Below, one piece after another: positions 55,771-64,000 of a DNA stretch of 64,000 nucleotides (the stretch's first letter is position 1; every line of letters begins with the position of its first letter). Source of the stretch: Parcubacteria group bacterium GW2011_GWA1_56_13 (lineage in GTDB: Bacteria > Patescibacteriota > Minisyncoccia > Phycocordibacterales > Phycocordibacteraceae); the NCBI GenBank assembly GCA_001004905.1, contig LCRY01000002.1:269873-333872 (forward strand), written 5' to 3'. Made by a program: the position numbers and the translations under genes. A model generated the notes under the pieces. It had not been told where the DNA came from, made no database searches, and saw nothing but the letters and a program-made list of their open reading frames with translations.

Positions 55771-56187
55771 TTAGAGACCTTCAGGGAAAAGCAACTTTAC
55801 GGTCGCTTTAATGATTTCCTGGTGGTCGCCTTGTGCTTGTTCGAGGGTGACGGCAACCTGATCGAGGGTAAATCCCTCGAACCTGGGTTTCAATTCGTTA
55901 ATGTCGCAGAGGGTAAGAAAGCACAGCGTCGCCGTTCTCTTGTTTCCATCGGTAAACAGGTGATCATTGATGAGGAAATAGAGATAGGCAACCGCCTTCT
56001 CCTCGGGAGAGGGATACGCTTCTACTCCGAAATATGAGTTATTTATATTCGCGACGATCGCGTCGGCCTTGGCCTCCGCATCTTGCGTCAGTGGGAACGA
56101 GACAAGGCCTCGGCTATGAAGCAGAGTGTAAATCTTGCAAACGCTGCTTGACGTTAGTAGTTCGAATGTCTTTCTTGCCGGCGTCAT
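55771..56187 (-). CDS. Doc/Fic-family toxin (death-on-curing)
   Basis: Fic/Doc motif HLFTDGNKRTA. Confidence 0.7.
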   Translation of the reverse strand: MTPARKTFELLTSSSVCKIYTLLHSRGLVSFPLTQDAEAKADAIVANINNSYFGVEAYPSPEEKAVAYLYFLINDHLFTDGNKRTATLCFLTLCDINELKPRFEGFTLDQVAVTLEQAQGDHQEIIKATVKLLFPEGL

Positions 56188-56302
56188 AATCACGCAGGGA
56201 TTCAATCACGTCACGGTGCCGATTGAGCTGCCGTTCAGCAACCTTCACGACCTCTTTTTGAGGGGTCTGTTTATTCTTCGTAGATTTGAGGAACCCTAAC
56301 AT
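56114..56302 (-). CDS. putative antitoxin upstream of doc (overlap unusually long; boundaries uncertain)
   Basis: Position only. Confidence 0.25.
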   Translation of the reverse strand: MLGFLKSTKNKQTPQKEVVKVAERQLNRHRDVIESLRDYDAGKKDIRTTNVKQRLQDLHSAS

Positions 56303-56359
56303 GCACTAAGTATACCATAACGCCCTATAACCGCTAAACGAGGGCTCTCCTGCACACAG

Positions 56360-56430
56360 CTGGGGGACTTGGAATCGAACCAAGATACTGGGCTTCAAAG
56401 GCCCATGTCCTACCGTTAGACGATCCCCCA
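56360..56430 (-). tRNA. tRNA-Gln (anticodon TTG)
   Basis: Cloverleaf: U1:A72, anticodon loop CTTTGAA, T-arm CTTGG-TTCGATT-CCAAG. Confidence 0.8.
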
Positions 56431-56473
56431 GCCGTGCGCACGAATTTCAAAGGCCGCTCGGATAAACTCTACA

Positions 56474-57559
56474 CTATTTTTGCTTCTCGTCCGCGAACAG
56501 TTCGAGGACGGCGAGCTCCAAGGGGAGCGCAGGGATGGGCGCGTAGCGGATGCGCTCGGCGGCGGTAAGGAACGCGAGCATCGCCGCGTGCGTAATGCCC
56601 CCTGCCCCGAGCTTTGTCGAGGGGTCCTCTTTGCCTGCACTGAGCGGAGTCGAAGTGGCGAATTTCTCAAGCGCGGAAAATTCGTCCGCGCCGAGCTCGT
56701 CGGCGAGCGAGGCGCGCAGCTCGGGTGCGTAGCGGATGAGGAGCGTGGCGCGCAAGGCCTCAAGCACGAGCTCCAGGAAAATCCTCATATCCACGTCGGC
56801 TTTCGCCGCCTGCTCGATAGCCGCAAGCGCCTTGCCGCGCTCGCCGCGGGCGAGCGCGGCTATGAGCGCGTGTACGTGTTCCCTCCTCGGCGCTCCGGTA
56901 GCGGCTTCCACCGCCTCGCGCGAGAGCGCCTTCCCTTCCGCGCCGGCAAACACTTTCTGCAGTACCGAGAGCGCGTCGCGATAGGAGCCGTCGCCCAGGA
57001 TCGCGATGAGCTCGGCGGCGTCGCTCGCGAGAGCATATCCTTCCTTCTTCGCGACCACCGATGTCATTTTGGCGAGCACGGCGCGCGTCGGCTTCTTGAA
57101 CTCGAACACCTGACAGCGCGATTGCACCGTGTCCGGCACCTTCTCGAGCTCGGTCGTCGCGAGGATGAAGACCGCGTGCGCAGGCGGCTCTTCAAGCGTC
57201 TTCAAAAACGCATTCCACGCGCTCTTCGAGAGCATGTGTGCCTCGTCGAGGATATACACCTTGTAGGGAGAGCGGAACGGCAACGTGTACACGCCCTCGG
57301 TGAGCGCGCGAATATCCTCCACGCTGTTATTGCTCGCCGCGTCTATCTCGTAGAGGTCGTTTTCCTTGCAGCCGATGGCCTCCGCGAAAATGCGCGCGAC
57401 CGAGGTCTTCCCGAGCCCGCGGCTCCCCGCAAACAGATACGCGTGGCCTATTTTTTTTGACTTCGCCGCCTCCTCGAGCGGCTTCGTGACCTGTTCCTGT
57501 CCCAGCACATCGCTAAACGCCGCCGGGCGGTAAACCCTATAGAGTGCCTGATGCGCCAT
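56474..57559 (-). CDS. dnaX: DNA polymerase III subunit gamma/tau (short form)
   Basis: AAA+ Walker A GSRGLGKTS, box VII, SRC motif. Confidence 0.93.
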   Translation of the reverse strand: MAHQALYRVYRPAAFSDVLGQEQVTKPLEEAAKSKKIGHAYLFAGSRGLGKTSVARIFAEAIGCKENDLYEIDAASNNSVEDIRALTEGVYTLPFRSPYKVYILDEAHMLSKSAWNAFLKTLEEPPAHAVFILATTELEKVPDTVQSRCQVFEFKKPTRAVLAKMTSVVAKKEGYALASDAAELIAILGDGSYRDALSVLQKVFAGAEGKALSREAVEAATGAPRREHVHALIAALARGERGKALAAIEQAAKADVDMRIFLELVLEALRATLLIRYAPELRASLADELGADEFSALEKFATSTPLSAGKEDPSTKLGAGGITHAAMLAFLTAAERIRYAPIPALPLELAVLELFADEKQK

Positions 57560-57596
57560 GACGGAAGTATACAGGGCGTCGGCAAAGCAGGATAGG

Positions 57597-57634
57597 CGTA
57601 CAAAGAAGCGGCCGGCTGGTTTTATCCAGTCGGC
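57597..57634 (-). terminator. intrinsic terminator upstream of dnaX
   Basis: ggccgactgg-ataaaa-ccagccggcc followed by GCTTCTTTGT on the minus strand. Confidence 0.65.
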
Positions 57635-57649
57635 CTTGTGCAGGAATGT

Positions 57650-57997
57650 CTAACGGGCGGCCCTGTGGCGCATCTCGGCCAACGTCCCCTCGACAATCGC
57701 GCTTATCTTCTCGACCAGTTCCTCGGCCTCCGCAATTTCTTCCAGGAGCAAGGCTTGGGCCGCCTTGTTGCTTTCCGGGATGTAGTAATGGCCGTTCTGT
57801 TCATCGAACGCTTCAAGGGCCGATAGTTTTGATTTCAGCTCTCTCACTTCCCCATCAAGCCCGTGAAGCTGTGCCTGCTGCACACGAAAGAGATGAGCGA
57901 CATTGCCGACCTGCAGCGGCTCTTCTTTCTGCCCCCTCTCCGACGATAGTGCTTGAGGGATGCGTCCTCGCGTCCGTGTGAAAAACGCCGTCGCCAT
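57650..57997 (-). CDS. hypothetical coiled-coil protein
   Basis: ORF only. Confidence 0.4.
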   Translation of the reverse strand: MATAFFTRTRGRIPQALSSERGQKEEPLQVGNVAHLFRVQQAQLHGLDGEVRELKSKLSALEAFDEQNGHYYIPESNKAAQALLLEEIAEAEELVEKISAIVEGTLAEMRHRAAR

Positions 57998-58116
57998 GAT
58001 GAACCTCCCTAAAATGTTCAGTCGTGCCCGGGGAGAGTGTACGCTCCCCTTATGGGTTCCGCAATATGAATGAAACAGCCGACTGCTCGTGCAGTCGGCC
58101 GCAGTGCAAGCACCGC

Positions 58117-58332
58117 TTAGTTCGAGATCGTCGACTTGACGGGCATGTCCAGTTCGGTAGAGGGGCTGGCGATGCTAAGCGTCCTGCGGATCGCGCCGAC
58201 ATGAAAAGCCATCGTCGCCGCCCACTCCCGCGTCGCACCGGCGACCAGAGTCCTGTCGCTGGTTTCCTCGATGCGTTTGGCAAGCTTATCGAGCTCGCCT
58301 AACGAATGCAGCAGAGTTTCCGTGTTCATCGT
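58117..58332 (-). CDS. small hypothetical protein (start at MNTETLL; strong Shine-Dalgarno GAGAGGAGGG)
   Basis: ORF plus ribosome-binding site. Confidence 0.4.
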   Translation of the reverse strand, partial: TMNTETLLHSLGELDKLAKRIEETSDRTLVAGATREWAATMAFHVGAIRRTLSIASPSTELDMPVKSTISN

Positions 58333-58369
58333 ATTCCCTCCTCTCGTTGTGTACCGTCCGCACCCAACA

Positions 58370-59347
58370 CTATCGGGACGAGGCAGTGGCGTCAAGCACG
58401 ATCTTTTCTATCCCGTCCGCGTCGTCGGCTTCCATCAGTTTCGCGCGCAATTCGGCGGCGCCGGGAAAATCGGCGACGAACGCTTTGGTGTGCTTTTTCA
58501 GGACGGCGAAATGCTTCGGCGGTGAAAGTTTCTCGAAGCCGTGCGCGAGCTCGACAAGCGCGGCGAGCTTTTCGGAAAGCGGTATCTCCGCGCCGTTCTT
58601 GCCCACAAAGACCCATGGATTGCCGAACATGGCGCGGCCGAGCATCGCGCCGTCGCATCCCGATTCGCCTACTTTCAGCCGCGCGTCGCCCAGGTCGCGC
58701 ACGTCGCCATTGCCGATGAGCAACACGTCCGGATTCACCCGGTTGCGTATCGCCACCGCCTTTTTCATCTGCTCCCAGTCGGCCGATACGAGCGACAGCT
58801 CTTTGCGCGTGCGCAAATGGAGCGTGATGGCCGCCGGCGAGGCCTTGAGAAGAACGGTCAGCCACTCATCGAGCGATTCTTTGTTGTATCCGATGCGCGT
58901 CTTCACCGACACCGGCAGCGGGCTCGCCTCTTGCGCCGCGCGGATGATGGTCGCGGCGAGTTCCGGATTCTGTATCATGGCCGCTCCGGCTCCTTGCTTC
59001 TCGATACTGCGGTCCGGACAGCCCATGTTGATATCCACGCCGTCGAAGCCGAGCGCCGCGGCGAGCTTCGTTGCGTAGGAGATCATGTCGGGCTTCGACG
59101 AGAATATCTGCGCGATGATGGGCCGCTGGCCGGCCTCGAACGAGAGTTCCCGCATGAGCGGATTTTCGTCATCCTTCATTTTTTTCACCTCACGCGTGTG
59201 ATACAGGCCGTCCGCCGAGACGAACTCGGTCCAAAACACGTCCGGCTTGCCGCGCGAAGCCACGAGCGCGCGAAAAGCGGCATCGGTGACGTCCGCCATG
59301 GGAGCGGCGACAAAAAACGGCCTTGGGAGCTTTTGCCAGAACGACAT
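58370..59347 (-). CDS. dus: tRNA-dihydrouridine synthase
   Basis: FVAAPMADVTD..., DINMGCP, TIM-barrel FMN-binding motifs; start at MSFWQK. Confidence 0.88.
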   Translation of the reverse strand: MSFWQKLPRPFFVAAPMADVTDAAFRALVASRGKPDVFWTEFVSADGLYHTREVKKMKDDENPLMRELSFEAGQRPIIAQIFSSKPDMISYATKLAAALGFDGVDINMGCPDRSIEKQGAGAAMIQNPELAATIIRAAQEASPLPVSVKTRIGYNKESLDEWLTVLLKASPAAITLHLRTRKELSLVSADWEQMKKAVAIRNRVNPDVLLIGNGDVRDLGDARLKVGESGCDGAMLGRAMFGNPWVFVGKNGAEIPLSEKLAALVELAHGFEKLSPPKHFAVLKKHTKAFVADFPGAAELRAKLMEADDADGIEKIVLDATASSR

Positions 59348-59523
59348 GCCGGTAACACTATCAAAAATCCCCGCCTCGCCTAGTGCCCACCCGATTCCGT
59401 GCCTCCCTGCGGGAGGGGTGCGGGGGCGGCCACCAACGCACGAAACAGCACCGGAGCCGCCGTTTATGGCGGCCTGGCCCAAGGGACAGTGACGACCGGT
59501 TCTCGGTCCTCTCCTGTCCCTTT

Positions 59524-60405
59524 TTATTTTCTTTTTACGTACACTTTGCCGTCGAAACGCAGGTCAACGTATTCAAGAGAACCATCCGAGAGGTTCAGAT
59601 TTTCGCGCGCGGAGACAAGCGCGGTAAAGGCGTCCTGCTCATGCCCGAGCACATAGGTCACGCGGGTACCGCTTGCAAGATAATCATTCACTTCGCCGTC
59701 GTGGATAGCGATGCGCGTTGTCGGTGAACCGAGCGTCGCGAGTTCGCGCGCGAAATCGAACACGGCGGGAAGTTTTTCAGCGTCCGCAATGGTTGCCTCG
59801 AGCGGTTCGGTTTCGCTCGCCGCAGGCGGCCCGCCCCGAGCAGGATCGAGGGGCGCGTATACGGCGAAAGCGTTCACCGTCTGGGTCGAAGACGCGGCGG
59901 CATAGATAAAGCCGCTCGCGTCAAAGACGTAGCACTGCTCTTCGGGCGGCCCCGCCTGTGGCGGGGTCGCCGAACCGCACCAGCGTGCGATGGGAGTCCG
60001 GGTGTCTACTTTTAGCGAGAGGCCGGTAAAGCCGTTCCGGAATATTGAAACGGCGGCGATATTCCGATGAGCGGCGAGGATGCCGGAACGGATGCCGTCT
60101 TCAGGGAAGAAAAAAATCGAATCGCGCGGGATGATGCCCCAATACCACCCATGCATCGCGTCGGTCACGTAGCGCGAAAGCGAGGCATCCGCGCCTGCCT
60201 GCCCTGCATGCGCAGGCATGGCAGACAGGCCGAATATCTCGACATGCGAAATGCGCACGGCGCTCTGCCGCAGGCCGTATACCGTCGCGAAAAGCAGGAC
60301 CAAACACAGTACGAAAAACGCGAAGAGGACGCGGCGCCGCCGGGAGCGGCGGCGCTTAGCAAGCCGTTCGATGCTACGCTCCGCCGATGATGCTCTTCCC
60401 AACAT
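59524..60405 (-). CDS. ftsQ: FtsQ/DivIB-like cell division protein (TM plus POTRA domain)
   Basis: N-terminal Arg-rich region, TM helix, POTRA-like VRISHVEIFG... Confidence 0.6.
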   Translation of the reverse strand: MLGRASSAERSIERLAKRRRSRRRRVLFAFFVLCLVLLFATVYGLRQSAVRISHVEIFGLSAMPAHAGQAGADASLSRYVTDAMHGWYWGIIPRDSIFFFPEDGIRSGILAAHRNIAAVSIFRNGFTGLSLKVDTRTPIARWCGSATPPQAGPPEEQCYVFDASGFIYAAASSTQTVNAFAVYAPLDPARGGPPAASETEPLEATIADAEKLPAVFDFARELATLGSPTTRIAIHDGEVNDYLASGTRVTYVLGHEQDAFTALVSARENLNLSDGSLEYVDLRFDGKVYVKRK

Positions 60406-61639
60406 ACGGCACGAGAGCTTCCGGTACCCTGATGGTGCCGTCTTCCTGTTGATAATTCTCGATAATGGAGACCAGAATGCGCGGTGTAGGAATGGCCGTC
60501 GAATTCAGGGAATGGGGGAACCGCATATTTCCTTCGGAGTCGCGGTAGCGGATGTTAAGCCGGCGTGTCTGGAAGTCGTGGAAGTACGATGCGGAGCTTA
60601 TCTCGCGGTATTTTTTCTCTCCGGGAACCCAAAGCTCGATGTCGTATTTCTTGACCTGCCCAAGTCCCAAATCGCCGCCGCAGTTCGCGACCATGTGATA
60701 CGGGATTTTCAAGAGCTCGATGAATTCTTCGGTATTGCGGTTCAACCATTCGTGCGTGCGGACCGATTCGTCGTGTTCCGCTCTGCAGAGAACGACCTGC
60801 TCCCATTTGAAGAATTCATGCACGCGGATGAGACCCCGCACGTCTTTGCCGTGCGCACCCGCCTCTCGGCGAAAGCAAGGGGAAAATGCGAGAAATTTCA
60901 CGGGAAGCGCGCTCGCCTCAAGCGTCTCGTTCATGTAATATCCCATCGTCGCGACTTCGCCCGTGCCGGCCAGGTATTCGCCGTCCTGCGTTTTGTAAAG
61001 GTCTTCTTCGCCTTGCGGCAGATAACCGGTGCCCATAAATGATTCGCGGCGCACCAAACTGGGCACGCTCATGAGCGCCAGTCCCTTCGCGGAGAAATGC
61101 TTTAACGCCAACTGCCAGACCGCATTCGCCAAGAGGACGCCGTCGCCTTTAAGAAAGTATCCCCGAAAGCCGGCGACTTTCGCGCCCCTCTCAAAATCGG
61201 CGATATCGAGCGCCGTCATGAGCTCCACATGGCTTTTCGGCTCGAACGAGAATTGCGGGAGCGTACCCCACTTCCTGACTTCGAAGTTGTCGGCATCGCT
61301 CTCGCCGTCGGGCACCGACATATCCGGCACGTTCGGCACCATGAGCATCAGCTTTTGCCACTCGGCCATCACTTCCTTCAGCTTCTCCTCCTGCTCGCTC
61401 ATGCCGTTTTTCAGGTGCCGCATCGCCTCGAGCAGTTTTTCGCGCTCCTCCCCTTCTGCGTTCCGCATCTCGCTACTGCGCCGCGTCTGTTCCGCGCGCT
61501 TGGTATCGAGCTCGAGCCGGATGCGTTTGCGCTCGTCGTCGACGGCGAGGAGGCGGTCAATATCGACGTCAATGTGCTTCTTTACGGCGCCCGCTTTCAC
61601 GATGTCCGCGTTCTCCCGGATAAAATGTATGTCGAGCAT
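60374..61639 (-). CDS. serS: serine--tRNA ligase
   Basis: N-terminal coiled-coil; class II motifs 2 and 3. Confidence 0.95.
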   Translation of the reverse strand: MLDIHFIRENADIVKAGAVKKHIDVDIDRLLAVDDERKRIRLELDTKRAEQTRRSSEMRNAEGEEREKLLEAMRHLKNGMSEQEEKLKEVMAEWQKLMLMVPNVPDMSVPDGESDADNFEVRKWGTLPQFSFEPKSHVELMTALDIADFERGAKVAGFRGYFLKGDGVLLANAVWQLALKHFSAKGLALMSVPSLVRRESFMGTGYLPQGEEDLYKTQDGEYLAGTGEVATMGYYMNETLEASALPVKFLAFSPCFRREAGAHGKDVRGLIRVHEFFKWEQVVLCRAEHDESVRTHEWLNRNTEEFIELLKIPYHMVANCGGDLGLGQVKKYDIELWVPGEKKYREISSASYFHDFQTRRLNIRYRDSEGNMRFPHSLNSTAIPTPRILVSIIENYQQEDGTIRVPEALVPYVGKSIIGGA

Positions 61640-61699
61640 GTGCCAACCAGTATAAAACGAAAGCCCACGAGAAGCACGGGGCTTTCGTGGACAGGCGGT

Positions 61700-61963
61700 T
61701 CATCGTACGGCGGGCACGCGGCGCCAAAACGGCGTATCACAGGTAATCGTGATCTTGTGGCCGCCTACGCCTCCTTCTTGCTCGACAACGAGTTTCTCAT
61801 CATCGAGCATGATCTTGCAACGTTTGGGATCAAGACCGTAGCTCGCTACGAACGTACGCCCGGACATACGGCCGGGTATGCGAGAAGCTCTCCACTCCGA
61901 AAGGAGCGCGGTAATGATCTCGAATTCTTCCAACTTGAGCGTCAGATCCGGATCTGGCATCAT
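61700..61963 (-). CDS. small hypothetical protein
   Basis: ORF only; followed by a terminator at 61650..61688. Confidence 0.35.
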   Translation of the reverse strand: MMPDPDLTLKLEEFEIITALLSEWRASRIPGRMSGRTFVASYGLDPKRCKIMLDDEKLVVEQEGGVGGHKITITCDTPFWRRVPAVR

Positions 61964-62135
61964 CGTCTCTCCCGCAACGGCATTTGTTTGAAATAGGAGC
62001 GGATACCTTAAAAGAACTGCTCAGTATCCGCGCACTATGGTAAATAACGCATCATAAATATACGATGAGCTCTCCTACTTGGCGGTTCCACCGCCAAGTA
62101 ACTGCCACGGGGAGGAGATGATTTATACTGGTCGC

Positions 62136-62990
62136 ATGGAAGTACGGGAATTGAGACGAAGCGAATGGCCGAAGCAATTGCAGGAGATTCCGCAGCCGCC
62201 GAAACGGCTCTGGATACGGGGCTCCCTGCCGGCTGCCGGAACGAAGATCCTTGCGGTCGTCGGTAGCCGTGCGATGACGCGCTACGGGCAGGAGGCCTGC
62301 GAAAAGCTCATCGCCGGGCTTGCGGGCTACCCCATTTCCATCGTGAGCGGGCTGGCGCTCGGCGTGGACACCTGCGCGCACAAGGCGGCGCTCTCCGTCG
62401 GCCTCCATACCATCGCCATTCCCGGTTCGGGGCTCGACGATTCGGTCATCAGCCCGCGCACCAACCTGCTCGTGGCGAACAATATTCTCGCAAAAGGCGG
62501 CGCGTTGGTGAGCGAACACGAGCCACGGTACGTTCCGCGCGCGTACGATTTTCCCTCCCGCAATCGCATCATGGTCGGGATGAGCGACGCGGTCCTCATC
62601 GTGGAAGCGGGACCGAAATCCGGCACGCTTATCACCGCGCGCCTCGCCAGCGAATACAATCGAGAACTGTTGTGCATACCTCACCGCATCGGCGATGTAC
62701 ACGGTTTCGGACCGCACCTGTTCATCCGCCTCGGCGCCGCGCTCGCGTCCGACTCGCTGCACATCCTCGAGGCGCTCAAGATACCGCCGCGCGAAGCGCC
62801 TGCGGGCGCGGCGCCGAGCGACCTTGAGGACACGGAGCTCGTTATCTGGAATATGCTCGAAGAGCCGCAGACGCGTGACGAGATACTTCGCGCAAGCAGC
62901 CACGGCGCAGGCGACGCTCTCACCGCGCTTGTCGCGCTCGAGCTCCGAGGCCTTATACGCGAAGAATTCGGCGCATGGCGCAGGATATAG
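62136..62990 (+). CDS. dprA: DNA-processing protein DprA (SMF family)
   Basis: Rossmann-like DprA core: ILAVVGSRAMTRYG...GVDTCAHKAAL. Confidence 0.88.
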   Translation: MEVRELRRSEWPKQLQEIPQPPKRLWIRGSLPAAGTKILAVVGSRAMTRYGQEACEKLIAGLAGYPISIVSGLALGVDTCAHKAALSVGLHTIAIPGSGLDDSVISPRTNLLVANNILAKGGALVSEHEPRYVPRAYDFPSRNRIMVGMSDAVLIVEAGPKSGTLITARLASEYNRELLCIPHRIGDVHGFGPHLFIRLGAALASDSLHILEALKIPPREAPAGAAPSDLEDTELVIWNMLEEPQTRDEILRASSHGAGDALTALVALELRGLIREEFGAWRRI

Positions 62991-63012
62991 TTCGACTACC
63001 CCCACTAATACA

Positions 63013-63786
63013 ATGACCATTTATTCCTGGAACATCCTGTACCGAAATCGCCGACTTGACCGCGTATTCTCATTTATCGCGCAAAGCGATTTCGATATTT
63101 TTTGCCTACAAGAGGTGCCGGAATATTTTCTTAAACGGCTGCAAACCCTTCCCTATTCCATCGCGTACCGCACCGACGTCGAGCGGCTTTTCAAGCGGGA
63201 TATCGTCCGCAATTTCAACGTCATACTGTCTCGGCATCCCATCACTGCGCAGGGTGAAATACCGCATGACGAGTACTGGCCGCTCCTGCCGTTCTATACG
63301 CGCTTTTTCGTGCGCCTCATACCGTCGTTCAGCAAGGTCCGCAACCGCGGCGGCCTGTACGCCGATATAACAGCGAACGCAGTCTCTCTGCGCATCTTCA
63401 ATCTCCACCTCATCCTGGCCCATCCCGCGTGGCGGCTGAAAGAATTCGAAGCGGCGATGGCAAAACGCGATGCGTCCCGGCCGACGATCGTGTGCGGCGA
63501 TTTCAACACGCTTGAGGCGCGGCATATCGCCCCGCTCAACTGGATCCTCGGCGGCCGCATAAGCGATGCGCTGTTCCATAGGCGCGAGCGCATCCGCATT
63601 GAACAGCGCTTCGTCGAACACGAACTGGTCAACGCTCTTTCCGGAGAGATCACTCACCCCTTCTCCCGCTCTCAACTGGACCACATCCTCGTTTCCCAGT
63701 CGCTGTCCATCAAACATGCGGAGGTGTTGCGGGACCGCATGGGCTCCGACCATCATCCGATACGGGTCGAACTTGCTCCGATGTAA
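63013..63786 (+). CDS. endonuclease/exonuclease/phosphatase (EEP) family protein
   Basis: SWNILY, CLQEV, GDFN, SDHHPI catalytic motifs. Confidence 0.85.
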   Translation: MTIYSWNILYRNRRLDRVFSFIAQSDFDIFCLQEVPEYFLKRLQTLPYSIAYRTDVERLFKRDIVRNFNVILSRHPITAQGEIPHDEYWPLLPFYTRFFVRLIPSFSKVRNRGGLYADITANAVSLRIFNLHLILAHPAWRLKEFEAAMAKRDASRPTIVCGDFNTLEARHIAPLNWILGGRISDALFHRRERIRIEQRFVEHELVNALSGEITHPFSRSQLDHILVSQSLSIKHAEVLRDRMGSDHHPIRVELAPM

Positions 63787-63834
63787 CGCGGGCGGGGCTT
63801 GACCATATATAGGTATACGCGCTATGAGTGGATT

Positions 63835-64000
63835 GTGACCAAACGACTGCTTATCGTGGAGTCGCCGACCAAGGCGCACACCATTCAGCATTACTTGAGC
63901 AAGGATTACACCGTCCTTGCTTCGGTCGGCCATATCCGCGACTTGCCGAAATCAAACAAGGACGCCGTTGATATCGAAGGCGGGTTTGTCCCACGGTACG
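63835..64000 (+). CDS. topA: DNA topoisomerase I, 5'-partial at the window end (GTG start); absent from the ORF track
   Basis: [38 protein letters not shown] (TOPRIM N-terminus). Confidence 0.85.
   Translation, partial: MTKRLLIVESPTKAHTIQHYLSKDYTVLASVGHIRDLPKSNKDAVDIEGGFVPRY

Noticed and set aside
56480-57460. 326-aa + strand ORF
   Set aside because: Antisense to dnaX.
57560-57650. Possible SRP RNA (ffs) upstream of dnaX, its common location
   Set aside because: Only a simple hairpin followed by a U-run (terminator of the upstream gene). The conserved SRP helix-8 motifs (GNRA tetraloop, AGCAG) were not found.
58541-59383. 280-aa + strand ORF (and 58306..59078)
   Set aside because: Antisense to dus.
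62052-63020. 322-aa minus ORF
   Set aside because: Antisense to dprA (clear SMF/DprA motifs on the + strand).
63106-63933. 275-aa minus ORF
   Set aside because: Antisense to the EEP-family gene, whose catalytic motifs are on the + strand.

Overview
This 64 kb window reads as a high-GC (~60%) bacterial chromosome segment that is almost entirely minus-strand coding and strongly syntenic. Because the ORF track omits ORFs that run off the window edge, two partial genes were recovered by eye: tyrS at the 5' edge and topA at the 3' edge.

Core content, in window order:
- A heat-shock operon (grpE-dnaK-dnaJ).
- A ribosomal/alpha operon: infA, a cysteine-free rpmJ that the ORF track misses, rpsM, rpsK, rpsD, rpoA, rplQ, rplM, rpsI.
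- alaS (short form without the C-Ala domain), leuS, serS, ychF, mnmA, mltG, ung, dnaX, dus, dprA, mscL.
- A macA/macB-type ABC efflux module, pilin-like genes, and eight tRNA genes.
- Many small hypothetical secreted or membrane proteins.

The short AlaRS, the type IV pilus parts, several apparently leaderless genes and the absence of HrcA are all reminiscent of CPR/Patescibacteria-like genomes; this is inference only.

Loci most worth a second look:
1. HrcA is missing from its usual slot upstream of grpE. In its place is a single ORF with two LuxR-type HTHs and an OmpR-type winged helix, followed by a perfect 8-N10-8 palindrome in the grpE leader. Next to it sit a small protein with DnaJ-type CxxCxGxG zinc fingers, a LUD-domain protein, and two paralogous ~65-aa genes with near-identical promoters.
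2. LeuRS carries an in-frame ~160-aa NUDIX-hydrolase-like domain just after the editing domain.
3. In the tRNA cluster, a complete tRNA-Ala(CGC) gene with 12-bp inverted-repeat flanks sits exactly between the 5' and 3' halves of a second tRNA-Ala. The cluster also holds tRNA half-fragments, ~90-nt direct repeats and a low-GC ORF with a LAGLIDADG-like motif.
4. A DUF4258/DUF2283 toxin-antitoxin-like cassette is inserted at the 3' end of rpsI, flanked by an imperfect 29-bp direct repeat that re-encodes the S9 C-terminus. A low-GC retropepsin-like protease island lies beside it.
5. A low-GC defence-like island holds a GIY-YIG protein, a weakly supported HEPN-like protein, a DUF3578-DUF91 modification-dependent-nuclease-like fusion, a NYN protein and a P-loop kinase. 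The island contains a duplicated 37-nt leader/uORF module and a candidate small RNA with a near-consensus promoter and intrinsic terminator. A Doc toxin lies nearby.
6. rpoA is split by a frameshift and lacks about 38 N-terminal-domain codons; this is a pseudogene or an assembly error.

No CRISPR array and no rRNA were seen.
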